DNA of 64,000 bases from positions 96,001 through 160,000 of the forward strand of contig CAXXHB010000002.1 of the NCBI GenBank assembly GCA_963664815.2, written 5' to 3'. Positions 19,384-28,732 of this stretch are shown in pieces. A model generated the notes under the pieces. That model saw only the letters and a list, made by a program, of their open reading frames with translations. It made no database searches and had not been told where the DNA came from. Both the position numbers and the translations under genes were made by a program. This DNA is from Spirochaetota bacterium (GTDB lineage: Bacteria; Spirochaetota; UBA4802; UBA5550). The number at the start of each line of letters is the position of its first letter. Position 1 is the first letter of the stretch.

Positions 19384-19636
19384 AGCTCTTGAAATTATAA
19401 ATCAGGGCAGATTTGATGCTGTGCTTATGGATTGCCAGATGCCGGTAATGGACGGTTACGAAGCCTCCGAAGAGATAAGAAAACTTGATGCCCATAAAGA
19501 GGTTCCGATTATTGCCCTGACAGCCTATGCATTTGAAGAGGACAGGAAAAAGTGCCTCACATCCGGCATGAACGATTTCATTACAAAACCGGTTAACCGG
19601 ACTATTCTTTATAATACTCTTCATAAATGGATATAA
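19346..19636 (+). pseudogene. N-terminally truncated response-regulator receiver domain
   Basis: VETASNGIEALE, VLMDCQMPVMDGYEA, PIIALTAYA, DFITKPV are present. The first strand with the acidic pair is missing, and an in-frame stop lies at 19322. Confidence 0.7.
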
Positions 19637-19681
19637 AAGATCCATAATTACTTTTTAATTTTTTTAACATAAAATGTTCTG

Positions 19682-19712
19682 ATCTCTCTGCTGCCATCGG
19701 CATCGGAGAGAT
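19682..19712 (+). terminator. Hairpin, probable terminator
   Basis: ATCTCTCTG-CTGCC-ATC-GGCA-TCGGAGAGAT. Confidence 0.55.
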
Positions 19713-19871
19713 TTAATCTTTCATTTTACACTAAAACATATGTTAAGGAATTATTACTGATAAAAGATTGATTTTTTTATTTCTCCTTTATATTATAATA
19801 AATGCAAATACTTAAAAGTTTAAGACTTATCGGTGATAACATTTAATACTACTGCTTCTTCCGGGGTGATT

Positions 19872-21749
19872 ATGAATACATATCTTAAAACGCTGATTGT
19901 GGATGCAACAACCGGTTTTTATAAAATGGAGAGGTTCAAAGTCGGGGAGTTTTTCGGTCCGGTTGACCTGGGGCTTCACCTGGGAAGAAAATATGACAGT
20001 ATTAATATAGGAACAGGTTTACTGGCGGGATCAATCTTCCCGGGGTCAAACAGGCTGATCTTCACCGGATTTTCTCCGGGATGGAGCGGTTTTTACATCT
20101 CCACCATGGGCGGAGCCGGGCTGGTTTTTAACAACCTTGGTATAGACATGCTCTCCATCACAAACAAGGCTCCAATGCCTTCAGTTCTTTATCTGAACAG
20201 GATACATGGTGAAGAGATCCAGCTCCGCATCGAGCCTCTTGATATTCAGAATGTATGGAGATCCGGAAGAAAAGGGGTTTATTCCCTTACCGATTATGTT
20301 TATGATAAATTCGGCAAAGAGTATAACAACGACCCGAGAATTCTTGTAACAGGTCCTGCTTCAGCAGTTACAGGGCATGGGGCTGTCGCCTCAATGCCTA
20401 TACATAAAGGGCAGGTTTCATTTGTAGATACATGGGCAGGTCGTGGAGGTTTCGGATCAAAAATGGTACAGGAACATGGAATCGCGGCCATTATATATGG
20501 CGGAACATTTATTGATGATGACTTCAGGGATAAGAATGTTGCCGACCAGTGGTTTGTTGATAAATACAATAAAAAGCTCGCTGCAAAAGACCTTGAGGCT
20601 ACTGCGAAATACCGTTTTGAACCCAACTTTAACACCGGAGGTACATTCGGTGTTAATTATGCATCTCTTGCCGGCAAAATGCTTTCATTCAACTATAAAA
20701 GTATCTACATGAGCGAAGAACAGCGCCTTGCCATCCATGAAAAATTCGTGAAAAACCATTATCTGAAACAATTTAATGAAGAAACAATTGTCCCTAAAAA
20801 ACAGACTACATGCGGTGAACCATGCGTCGCTGTCTGTAAAAAAATGAACAACGAATTCAAGAAGGATTATGAGCCATATCAGACCATGGGGCCGCTTTCC
20901 GGAATTTTCGACCAGAGGGCCGCGGAGATGCTCAACCATCATGCAGACATGTACGGTTTTGACGGCATCGTTGCCGGTGGCGTAATTGCATGGCTTATGG
21001 AATGTCTGGTCGATGGACTTCTCAAGCCATCCGAACTCGGTATTTCAGACAATATTCCCCGGTGGGATATTGATACTTTTGATGTTGTCAATGATTCAAT
21101 GCATAACGCAAAAATCGGGATGGAGATTCTTGATTCCATTATTGAAAAAAGGGGAATTCTGGACCTCCAGGCCGGAGCGAGAAAGCTTTCACGCAAGCTT
21201 GCAGGTGAAAAGGACAGGTCAATCCTCGATAAGCTTGTATGCATCGGCGCCGCACGTAACGGATGGATGATACCAAACCAGTACTGGACGCCGGGGGTTC
21301 TATCCCCCATGGCGATTATGGGCAAATACTTTATGCATTACGGCGACGATTTTCTCCCCCCCAGGGAACTGGGGAGAATGGACGGAAAAAGATTAAAAAA
21401 AGAGCTGATTCTCGACAACACGGGAATGTGCCGGTTCCACCGTCAATGGGCGGAGGAGATGATTCCCGAGGTTATGGAATCTCTTTTTGGGATGCAGGAT
21501 CTCTTCCTCAAAAAAATATCAAGGGCGGCGGCAAGAATAAACAGCCGAAATCCTTCGGTATTCTGGGAGAGTGAGAGAAACATGGATTTTGTATACCTCT
21601 TCCTTAAGAGGAAAAAAGAGGTTGATAAAGTGGACAATCCTGAACTTGAAAAATGGATCGCTGAATTTGAAAAAGACAAGCGTGAAGCGGCTTTAAGTTT
21701 CTGGTATGAGATCCATAAGGGAATTCAGGAGACTCTGGCTGATTACTAG
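19872..21749 (+). CDS. Aldehyde:ferredoxin oxidoreductase family, GAPOR-like (glyceraldehyde-3-phosphate:ferredoxin oxidoreductase)
   Basis: LAGSIFPGSNRLIF...STMGGAG, WAGRGGFGS, KYRFEPNFNTGGTFGVNY, TTCGEPCVAVCKK, YEPYQTMGPLSG, DNTGMCRFHRQW. Start taken at ATG 19872. Confidence 0.85.
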   Translation: MNTYLKTLIVDATTGFYKMERFKVGEFFGPVDLGLHLGRKYDSINIGTGLLAGSIFPGSNRLIFTGFSPGWSGFYISTMGGAGLVFNNLGIDMLSITNKAPMPSVLYLNRIHGEEIQLRIEPLDIQNVWRSGRKGVYSLTDYVYDKFGKEYNNDPRILVTGPASAVTGHGAVASMPIHKGQVSFVDTWAGRGGFGSKMVQEHGIAAIIYGGTFIDDDFRDKNVADQWFVDKYNKKLAAKDLEATAKYRFEPNFNTGGTFGVNYASLAGKMLSFNYKSIYMSEEQRLAIHEKFVKNHYLKQFNEETIVPKKQTTCGEPCVAVCKKMNNEFKKDYEPYQTMGPLSGIFDQRAAEMLNHHADMYGFDGIVAGGVIAWLMECLVDGLLKPSELGISDNIPRWDIDTFDVVNDSMHNAKIGMEILDSIIEKRGILDLQAGARKLSRKLAGEKDRSILDKLVCIGAARNGWMIPNQYWTPGVLSPMAIMGKYFMHYGDDFLPPRELGRMDGKRLKKELILDNTGMCRFHRQWAEEMIPEVMESLFGMQDLFLKKISRAAARINSRNPSVFWESERNMDFVYLFLKRKKEVDKVDNPELEKWIAEFEKDKREAALSFWYEIHKGIQETLADY

Positions 21750-21759
21750 CAGGATAGGG

Positions 21760-22323
21760 CTAAACGATCTTGCTCAGAAGCTTTTCCTTGGTGCTGAGGA
21801 ATTCCTCCTCTGTTATTGCCCCCGATTCCTTCAGCTGGTTCAGTTTTTCAATAGTCTGAAAGACATCCTCCCTGCTGAAACTTTTTTTCAGATCCCTGGC
21901 ATATTCCTTCCCTTTATTTAAAAGTTCCTTATACTCCTCTTTTACTGATTCAAGGTTGATATTATCCAGGCCTTTACCTCCGGCAAAATGTGAATCAAAA
22001 AGTTTACCCAGCGCATAAGTTGTACCTCCGGCCATTACTATCTGTGAACCTATTCCAAGAACAGTCCCCACTCCCGGGATGGCTTTTAAAAAGCTTGCAC
22101 CGATTCTTGAAACAGTTGCTCCTGCAATAGATGACGCGAGAGTTTTTCCTTTATCTGCATCGTAATTAATTTTATGAAACTCAGCGATCTGCCTTATCAT
22201 ATCGTACTGAATTGCAGAAACTGCGACAATGTCAGCAACAGGAACAGGTATTGCGCCTGCTGTCATAGCAAAGATCACATGTGTGGATATAATATCATCT
22301 GAACTCTTCTTCTTCTCATTCAT
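21760..22323 (-). CDS. DUF697/YcjF-family protein with C-terminal SHOCT domain
   Basis: AGAIPVPVAD...IQYDMI..IA..H, LKAIPGVGTVLG...AGGTTYALG. SHOCT: IEKLNQLKESGAITEEEFLSTKEKLL. Confidence 0.85.
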   Translation of the reverse strand: MNEKKKSSDDIISTHVIFAMTAGAIPVPVADIVAVSAIQYDMIRQIAEFHKINYDADKGKTLASSIAGATVSRIGASFLKAIPGVGTVLGIGSQIVMAGGTTYALGKLFDSHFAGGKGLDNINLESVKEEYKELLNKGKEYARDLKKSFSREDVFQTIEKLNQLKESGAITEEEFLSTKEKLLSKIV

Positions 22324-22503
22324 TAATTTATCCCCCGTTAAATGGTCTTATACATAAAAAATGTCAATTCAGTATCGCCGGAACGATGGCTCTGCATATT
22401 TTAATAATCGCTTGAATTTTCTTTATTAAAATATTATCTGATTAACATTGAATTTAATTTAAACATGCACAGCTTTAGAGTCAAACAGTATTAATAAAAT
22501 AAT

Positions 22504-23121
22504 CTACTGTTCAGGAGTTTCTTCCTCTTTTTTTGTTATTACAAAAAAACCATACTGAGCCAGCAGATTCGGGAAATATTTAATCACTTTTGATTTACCA
22601 CTCCTGGTAAATGAAAAATTTCTCTCTGTAATAATATTAAAAGCAAAAGAGCCCGCCATTTTCCTCATGTCCGAAACTGTAAGAAGGTGAATATTCGGGG
22701 ATTCATACCATTCGTAAGGGAGGAGTTCATTAACAGGCATGGTTCCCCTGAACATCAGGTATGACCTTGTGCTTATATAAGCAAAATTCGGAAAACTTAT
22801 TATAACCTTTTTCCCTATACGCAGAACTTCATTTATTACATAATCAGGTCTCTTTGTATTCTGTATGGTCTGATTTAAAATAACATAATCAAAAGACCCG
22901 CTGTTGTAATCGCTCAAACCATCATCTATATCACCCTGGTAACAGTAAAGTCCCTTTTCCACACAGAGGCTTACCCCTGTTTCGGAAATCTCCACTCCGA
23001 AACCTTTAACCTTTTTCTTTTCCTGAAGCATCAAAAGAAGAGATCCGTCACCGCATCCCAGATCAAGAACTTTTGTGCGTTCAGGTATTTCCTCCAGTAC
23101 CAGATCATAACCCACTGTCAT
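22504..23121 (-). CDS. metW: Methionine biosynthesis protein MetW
   Basis: VLDLGCGDGSLL, FDYVILNQTIQ, IISFPNFAY, LPYEWYESPNIHLLT. Overlaps the metX 3' end. Confidence 0.93.
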   Translation of the reverse strand: MTVGYDLVLEEIPERTKVLDLGCGDGSLLLMLQEKKKVKGFGVEISETGVSLCVEKGLYCYQGDIDDGLSDYNSGSFDYVILNQTIQNTKRPDYVINEVLRIGKKVIISFPNFAYISTRSYLMFRGTMPVNELLPYEWYESPNIHLLTVSDMRKMAGSFAFNIITERNFSFTRSGKSKVIKYFPNLLAQYGFFVITKKEEETPEQ

Positions 23122-24286
23122 CTGTTTCACTCTTCCTGAATTCACTTTTTAAAAAATTAGAGATGTTCTTTTCAATTACATCGCTCGGCAGCAGAAAAGA
23201 ATCATGGCCGTTATCCGTCACAATATCGGTGTAATTTACATTTTTTCCGTTAACCCTGAGAGCCTTTACAATTTCCCTTGAATTGTTACTGGGATAAAGC
23301 CAGTCTGTTGTAAAGCTTATTACCAGATAATTTGCCATCACATTTTCAAAGGCAGCTGTCAGGTTTCCGCCGTAATCCTCTTTAAGGTCAAAATGATCTA
23401 TTGCCCTTGTTATATAAATATATGAGTTTGCATCAAATCTTTCAACAAACTTTATCCCCTGATGCCTCAGATAAGATTCCACCATATATTCCGATGAAAG
23501 ATTTTTAACCTTCACCCCTGAATCCTGAAACTTTCGGCCGAACTTTTCATGCATATGCTTTTCGCTGAGATATGTGATATGCCCTATCATCCTTGCCAGA
23601 GAAAGCCCCGCGCGCGGAATTTCGCTGTCATAATATTTTCCGTTGTTCCATAAAGGGTCGTTAAAGATTGCCTGCCGGCCTACTTCGTTAAATGCAATAC
23701 CCTGGGCTGATAACGACGCTGAAGTTGCAATGGCTATGCACGAGTTTACCATCTCCGGATACGAAATAGTCCACTGCAGCGCCTGCATCCCCCCCATGGA
23801 ACCGCCTGATACCGCCAGCAGTTTATCTATTCCGAGATGTTTCACAAGCCGGTATTGCGCATTAACCATGTCATGGACGGTTATCATAGGAAAGTCAAGG
23901 CCATACGGCTTTCCGGTTGCCGGATTGACTGAGGAGGGTCCTGTAGAACCGCTGCATCCGCTTATTACATTTGAACAGATTACATAATAGATATCTGTAT
24001 CAAAGGCTTTTCCCGGCCCAACATACTCATCCCACCACCCCGGGTTCCTGTCTGCCGGGCTGTAATAGCCTGCCGCGTGGGCGCTTCCCGAAAGAGCGTG
24101 GTTCAGCAGTATCGCATTATTTTTTTTGCTGTTAAGGTTTCCGTATGTCTCATACGCAATTGTAACGGGGCCGAGTTTTTCCTCGTTTAAAAGAAGCAGT
24201 TCATCTGGTGGATGACCGAACGTATAATACTCGGTCTTTACTATTCCTATGCTTCCTTTTTCATTATGCTTTATATTTTTTGTCAT
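23105..24286 (-). CDS. metX: Homoserine O-acyltransferase MetX
   Basis: AYETYG.LN, HALSGSAH, GGSMGGMQALQW, GLSLARMIGHITY, RFDANSY, GHDSFLL. Confidence 0.96.
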   Translation of the reverse strand: MTKNIKHNEKGSIGIVKTEYYTFGHPPDELLLLNEEKLGPVTIAYETYGNLNSKKNNAILLNHALSGSAHAAGYYSPADRNPGWWDEYVGPGKAFDTDIYYVICSNVISGCSGSTGPSSVNPATGKPYGLDFPMITVHDMVNAQYRLVKHLGIDKLLAVSGGSMGGMQALQWTISYPEMVNSCIAIATSASLSAQGIAFNEVGRQAIFNDPLWNNGKYYDSEIPRAGLSLARMIGHITYLSEKHMHEKFGRKFQDSGVKVKNLSSEYMVESYLRHQGIKFVERFDANSYIYITRAIDHFDLKEDYGGNLTAAFENVMANYLVISFTTDWLYPSNNSREIVKALRVNGKNVNYTDIVTDNGHDSFLLPSDVIEKNISNFLKSEFRKSETDDSGL

Positions 24287-24318
24287 AAAAAAACCGCCTG
24301 TAATTGAGACAGCGGTTT
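24287..24318 (-). terminator. SAM riboswitch expression-platform hairpin
   Basis: Minus strand AAACCGCTGT-CTCAATT-ACAGGCGGTTTTTT, immediately before the metX ATG. Confidence 0.75.
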
Positions 24319-24335
24319 ATATTCCAAAACCTGCA

Positions 24336-24438
24336 ATCTCATCTTTCGGATATTATCCGATGGAATTAGCACCTTTTCTTTTACAGAATGGTTGCCGTGA
24401 CTTCAAAGGGCCAGTCCCTCCGTCACTCTTGATAAGAC
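24336..24438 (-). ncRNA. SAM-I (S-box) riboswitch
   Basis: Minus strand CTTATCAAGAG-TGACGGAGGGACTGGCCC-TTTGAAGTCACGGCAACC...GGTGCTAATTCC...GAAAGATGAG, upstream of metX. Confidence 0.97.
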
Positions 24439-24675
24439 AGTCAGTTAAATGTTATAGTGCTGCCAGAATAAATTCTGTAAATCGGACTGAACTGTTTCCA
24501 CTTCCACCTTCAGAGGCAATGGAAATAGTTCAGATAAACCTTTGCTAATAATCATAATATTAAGATATAACTAATATGGATTAGTTTTAAAATTATCTCC
24601 TTCTGTCAATAAAAAAAGCCGTAAATAATGCCGGATAATCTTTGTCAGCCACCACAAGTAAAAGGGAATCACTTA

Positions 24676-25257
24676 TTATGAAATCATTTTTAAGGCTACC
24701 TTGATTATTTCTTCTATTCCAATATCCCCTCTTTCAAGAGTAATTTCATTAACACACTTCAAAGACTTGTTCTCCTCAAAACCGAGTGCAACAAGAGCTT
24801 CTACAGCATCACTTGTCTTGGATGGAATATCATTGGCCGGGCCGGCAATTCGTTCAAGCAGTGCAAGTTTTCTTTTTAGTTCGAAAACAAGTTTTTCACC
24901 CTTCGTTTTCCCGATTCCGGGAATCTTTGTAAGTAAAGCCGGATTCTGAAATTTTATTGCTTCAATAAGCTTTTCCGGAGTGATCCCTGAGAGAACTGAT
25001 ATTGCTATTGAAGGTCCGATTCCGCTGACATTTATAAGAGATTTAAATATATCTTTTTCTATCTTCGAATAAAAACCGAAAAGCCTGAACTGATCTTCTT
25101 TGTGGATTGTATGTATAAAAAGTGTAACTGTTTTTTCATCCTGAATTTTTTCATATGTAGAAAACGGGATTGACAGTTCAAAACCAACCCCGTTTACATT
25201 AAGTATCAACTCTGTCGGTTTAAGATCCTCAACATTCCCTTTCAGTTTTCCTATCAT
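24676..25257 (-). CDS. ruvA: Holliday junction branch migration protein RuvA
   Basis: MIGKLKG, LNVNGVGFEL, LFGF, LINVSGIGP, LTKIPGIGKTKGEKLVFELK, AVEALVALGF. Confidence 0.96.
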   Translation of the reverse strand: MIGKLKGNVEDLKPTELILNVNGVGFELSIPFSTYEKIQDEKTVTLFIHTIHKEDQFRLFGFYSKIEKDIFKSLINVSGIGPSIAISVLSGITPEKLIEAIKFQNPALLTKIPGIGKTKGEKLVFELKRKLALLERIAGPANDIPSKTSDAVEALVALGFEENKSLKCVNEITLERGDIGIEEIIKVALKMIS

Positions 25258-25268
25258 TAAAACTTTTC

Positions 25269-26381
25269 CTACAGATTCCTTAAAATAAACTGCTCAATAT
25301 AAAGTTTTTCTGCCAGCTTGAGGTTTGATTCCTCCAGTTTAATAATCTCTTCTTTGAATAAATGTTTATCGTTAACATCCAGCTTTTTTCTCTCTTTTTT
25401 TGCCGAGGAAGACCTGCTGATCATATTATTAACTCCCTCTATTCCTTTTCTGCTGGCGATAACCATATCCTCATTGCTGAAATCAATGGAGCTTCTGATT
25501 ATACATATATCAGATTTTTTCATCTCTTTCTTTTTAAATTTTATTCCGAATACTCTGTTATAATAAATAATTGACTCCTTGTTTATTTCAACAAAATGAA
25601 CCCCGAAGTAATTTGAGATTACAATCGCCAGAACAAGCGAAAGAATTACACCAAGAAGAGTATAGATTACTATGGCAACGGCAACATTTAATTTCCCTGC
25701 GGGAACAATGGCAAAATTTATAATATGAAAAAAACCGTAATAAACAATAAACATAAACACAATCTGCAGCGGGTGGTAGGTGATTTTCCAGGTTACACAC
25801 TGTGCATCCCTTCTTTCACTGGTTTTAATACTTGAGTTATCGGGAAGAACAATATTGTACGGATTGTACGGATGCCTGTTATCAATCATATTATAAGGTA
25901 TATCGTTATTTTCCTGAACTGAAAGGCCAATAGTCTTTTCAAATTTACCGGTAAAATCAGTAACCTGTTTATGGGTATTGAATTTGGCTATAAGCAGAAG
26001 AGCCCCCATCCTGTTTTTCAGCAATATCCCGTATTCAGGCTTATTTTTATTAACTATATATTGAACAACAATCTCGGTAAAATACTTATATGGAATTTTA
26101 AGCGGAGATATCCCCCAGCCTGTCGATTCAACAAGGCTGAGATAACCGGGGTCTTCATTAATCAGAATTTTGTAATATTTTGTATTTAAAATGAAAAAGA
26201 GAGAACTATAAAGAAAAATGATCCCTGACCCGATAAAAATATGATCAAATGGATAAATTTCCCCTAATCTGTATATTCCTGTTCCGCAAACAATAGCCCC
26301 TAAAACCGCTATTATAAACTGGAATGTTATCGGAGTCTGTATTTTAATACTGTTTTGTGAAAAACCCACTTTTGATTTCAT
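25269..26381 (-). CDS. Hypothetical membrane protein with two TM-hairpin + soluble beta repeats
   Basis: 370-aa ORF between guaB and ruvA with two pairs of hydrophobic helices. Confidence 0.65.
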   Translation of the reverse strand: MKSKVGFSQNSIKIQTPITFQFIIAVLGAIVCGTGIYRLGEIYPFDHIFIGSGIIFLYSSLFFILNTKYYKILINEDPGYLSLVESTGWGISPLKIPYKYFTEIVVQYIVNKNKPEYGILLKNRMGALLLIAKFNTHKQVTDFTGKFEKTIGLSVQENNDIPYNMIDNRHPYNPYNIVLPDNSSIKTSERRDAQCVTWKITYHPLQIVFMFIVYYGFFHIINFAIVPAGKLNVAVAIVIYTLLGVILSLVLAIVISNYFGVHFVEINKESIIYYNRVFGIKFKKKEMKKSDICIIRSSIDFSNEDMVIASRKGIEGVNNMISRSSSAKKERKKLDVNDKHLFKEEIIKLEESNLKLAEKLYIEQFILRNL

Positions 26382-26512
26382 ATTGTTATCACTGTTATTT
26401 TTTTTGTTATTTATACAATAGTGTACTCATTATTCAAGAATTTTTTATTATAACAGGTCAGAGAGATTGTTAAATTCAGAGAAAATATCCGGGAATTCAG
26501 TAGGGAACAGTG

Positions 26513-26536
26513 AACAGGAGGTTTCCGCCTCCTGTT
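26513..26536 (-). terminator. Hairpin downstream of guaB
   Basis: AACAGGAGG-TTTCCG-CCTCCTGTT perfect 9-bp stem. Confidence 0.6.
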
Positions 26537-26549
26537 ACGTATATTATTT

Positions 26550-28046
26550 CTACATAAACTGAGGTTCTTTGTAGGAATACATATCATGAACATGCCCCTC
26601 TCTCTGAGCCATTGCCGACCTTATTTCAAACCTGAGATCCTTTGAATAGAGCTTTTCATGAAGAGATTTAACATTCCTTATACCAATATCCTGAAATGAA
26701 TGCTTCAGTCCCTGAATGAGATAAGGGGCATAATCGTTCATTGAACCCTTATCCATCACCGCACCTGAAACTCCCTGGGCAACAATAATCTTTGCATCTT
26801 CGGCAAAGTATCTCTTTGAGCCGCCTGCCTCCATCGCTTCCATAGATGCCATCCCCCGGTATTTTTTCAGACGGACGCCGTTTTCGTAAAAATAATCACC
26901 GGGGGCCTCATTTGTTCCTGCAAACATTGACCCCATCATCGCCGTAGATGCACCCAGAGCCAGCGCTTTTGATATATGCCCGATATTGGCAATACCGCCA
27001 TCTGCAATAACCGGAATTCCCTTTTTATTTGAGAACCTTGCAGTCCGGTAAACCGCTGTTGCCTGCGGCCTTCCTACTGCCATAGTTGTCTGAGTTGTAC
27101 AGATGGAGCCGGGTCCCATCCCTATCCTGAGGGCATCAGCTCCCGCCTTTATAAGCATTTCACACTGTTCTTCAGTTACAACATTCCCTCCGATTATATC
27201 AATATCCGGATAGTTCTTTTTTATAAACTTTATCATTTCAATCTGGTAGATTGAATTTCCCTGTGCAGAATCTATTACTACAACATCAACTCCTGCTTCG
27301 TTCAATGCCGCGAGACGATCTTTCGATTCATCTTTTGTGGATATTGCCGCGCCTACTCTCAGCTGTTTCTTGCCGTCTTTTGTTGCAAGGGGAAACTCCC
27401 TGTTCTTAAGAAGATCACTTCTGCTTAATAAAGCAACAAGCCTCCCCTCCGCATCAATAATAGGAAGCTTACCCTTCTTGGAGGTTCTCAGAATATTATT
27501 TGCCTCTGACAATGCAATTCCCTCTTTTGCTGTAAGAATATCTTTTGTCATCACTTCTGAAAGAGGCCTTGTCCTGTTTTTTTCAAAATCTATATCCCTG
27601 TTTGTGACAATACCGACAAGTTTTGAGTTGAGTTTTCCGTTTTCTGTAATCGGAATCCCGGAAAAATTATACCTTGCTTTGATCATATCTATATCGCTTA
27701 TTTTATTCTGAGGGGACAGAACCATCGGTTTGTTGATAAAACCGTTTTCATATCTCTTGACCCTGCTCACAAGATCCGCCTGTTGCTCAATTGTATTATT
27801 GTAATGAACAATTCCTATCCCCCCCCAAAGCGCCAGGGCTATGGCCATCTCTGCTTCCGTCACTGTATCCATAGGGCTTGAAACAAAAGGACTTTTAATT
27901 TTGATATTTCTTGTCAGATTTGTTTCAAGGTTTACATCATCAGGGGCGAAATCGATATAGCCCGGTAGAATAATAAAATCATTATAGGCATAACCTGTCG
28001 GTGTTGTAAAAATCTCATCAGCTGAAAAACCATCTTTACTCTGCAT
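26550..28046 (-). CDS. guaB: IMP dehydrogenase (eukaryote-like type) with CBS pair
   Basis: [35 protein letters not shown] (catalytic Cys), IADGGI, YRGMAS, VAQGVSG. Confidence 0.97.
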   Translation of the reverse strand: MQSKDGFSADEIFTTPTGYAYNDFIILPGYIDFAPDDVNLETNLTRNIKIKSPFVSSPMDTVTEAEMAIALALWGGIGIVHYNNTIEQQADLVSRVKRYENGFINKPMVLSPQNKISDIDMIKARYNFSGIPITENGKLNSKLVGIVTNRDIDFEKNRTRPLSEVMTKDILTAKEGIALSEANNILRTSKKGKLPIIDAEGRLVALLSRSDLLKNREFPLATKDGKKQLRVGAAISTKDESKDRLAALNEAGVDVVVIDSAQGNSIYQIEMIKFIKKNYPDIDIIGGNVVTEEQCEMLIKAGADALRIGMGPGSICTTQTTMAVGRPQATAVYRTARFSNKKGIPVIADGGIANIGHISKALALGASTAMMGSMFAGTNEAPGDYFYENGVRLKKYRGMASMEAMEAGGSKRYFAEDAKIIVAQGVSGAVMDKGSMNDYAPYLIQGLKHSFQDIGIRNVKSLHEKLYSKDLRFEIRSAMAQREGHVHDMYSYKEPQFM

Positions 28047-28144
28047 ATTTAACCCCTAAAAAAATAAAATGATATTAAACTCCATGCAGGCCCCCTTCGG
28101 GGGATTCGGGGGGCCCTTTGTGCATCGAGTTTAATATCTATACA

Positions 28145-28173
28145 ATATTAAAACAATATAAAAAACATGTCAA
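28145..28173 (-). promoter_or_regulatory. Sigma70-type promoter for guaB
   Basis: TTGACA (28173-28168), 17-bp spacer, TAATAT (28150-28145). Predicted +1 near 28138. Confidence 0.6.
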
Positions 28174-28369
28174 TGACCGAGATAATTTTTTACAACATTA
28201 TTTGTCAAGAAATAGATTTATTACCGGCAATAATTCCAAAAATATACTTTGATCCTAAAAAATATTTGTTGCGAATACAGGGATTAAGGCAATTTCTGTA
28301 TTTTATTAAATATTCTGTAAAATTCTTTAATTATGCCTTTGTATAACAGTTATTAAAAAAGAGGTATCT

Positions 28370-28732
28370 ATGGGCGATTGTAAAAGATGCGGCAGGTGCT
28401 GTCAGGATGTGCGGCTTGCTGAACCCCCTGAACTCCTTGAAAAAGCCTATAGCTACTGGAAAAGATCAAAACAGATTGACCCGAATTTTTCTGAAATCTA
28501 TCTGATTTACCCCATGCTTATATTTCTCTTTGAAAAACCGGAAGAGGATCTTCCATACCATTACAGCTGCAAGCATTTCTCAACTGACAAAGAAGGAATT
28601 CCGGCTTGTTCTATCCACCCGGTGAGGCCAAGAATGTGCAAAGATTTCCCATATTATGAAGATGTATCTCATCTTCAGGCGGAGGAGAATTTAAGCCCAT
28701 ACGAAAAGTGCGGATATAACGATCCGGATTGA
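28370..28732 (+). CDS. YkgJ-family CxxCxxCC cysteine-cluster protein
   Basis: CKRCGRCC...CKHF....CSIHPVRPRMCKDFP. GAGG SD. Confidence 0.9.
   Translation: MGDCKRCGRCCQDVRLAEPPELLEKAYSYWKRSKQIDPNFSEIYLIYPMLIFLFEKPEEDLPYHYSCKHFSTDKEGIPACSIHPVRPRMCKDFPYYEDVSHLQAEENLSPYEKCGYNDPD

Noticed and set aside
3347-19712. Similar TCTCTG..GCCWTCGGC..GAGA hairpins at 3347 and 19682 as a repeat family
   Set aside because: Only two loosely similar copies, both at gene 3' ends. Ordinary terminators explain them.
24249-24548. 99-aa plus-strand ORF
   Set aside because: It is antisense to the SAM-I riboswitch and the metX start, with no protein features.
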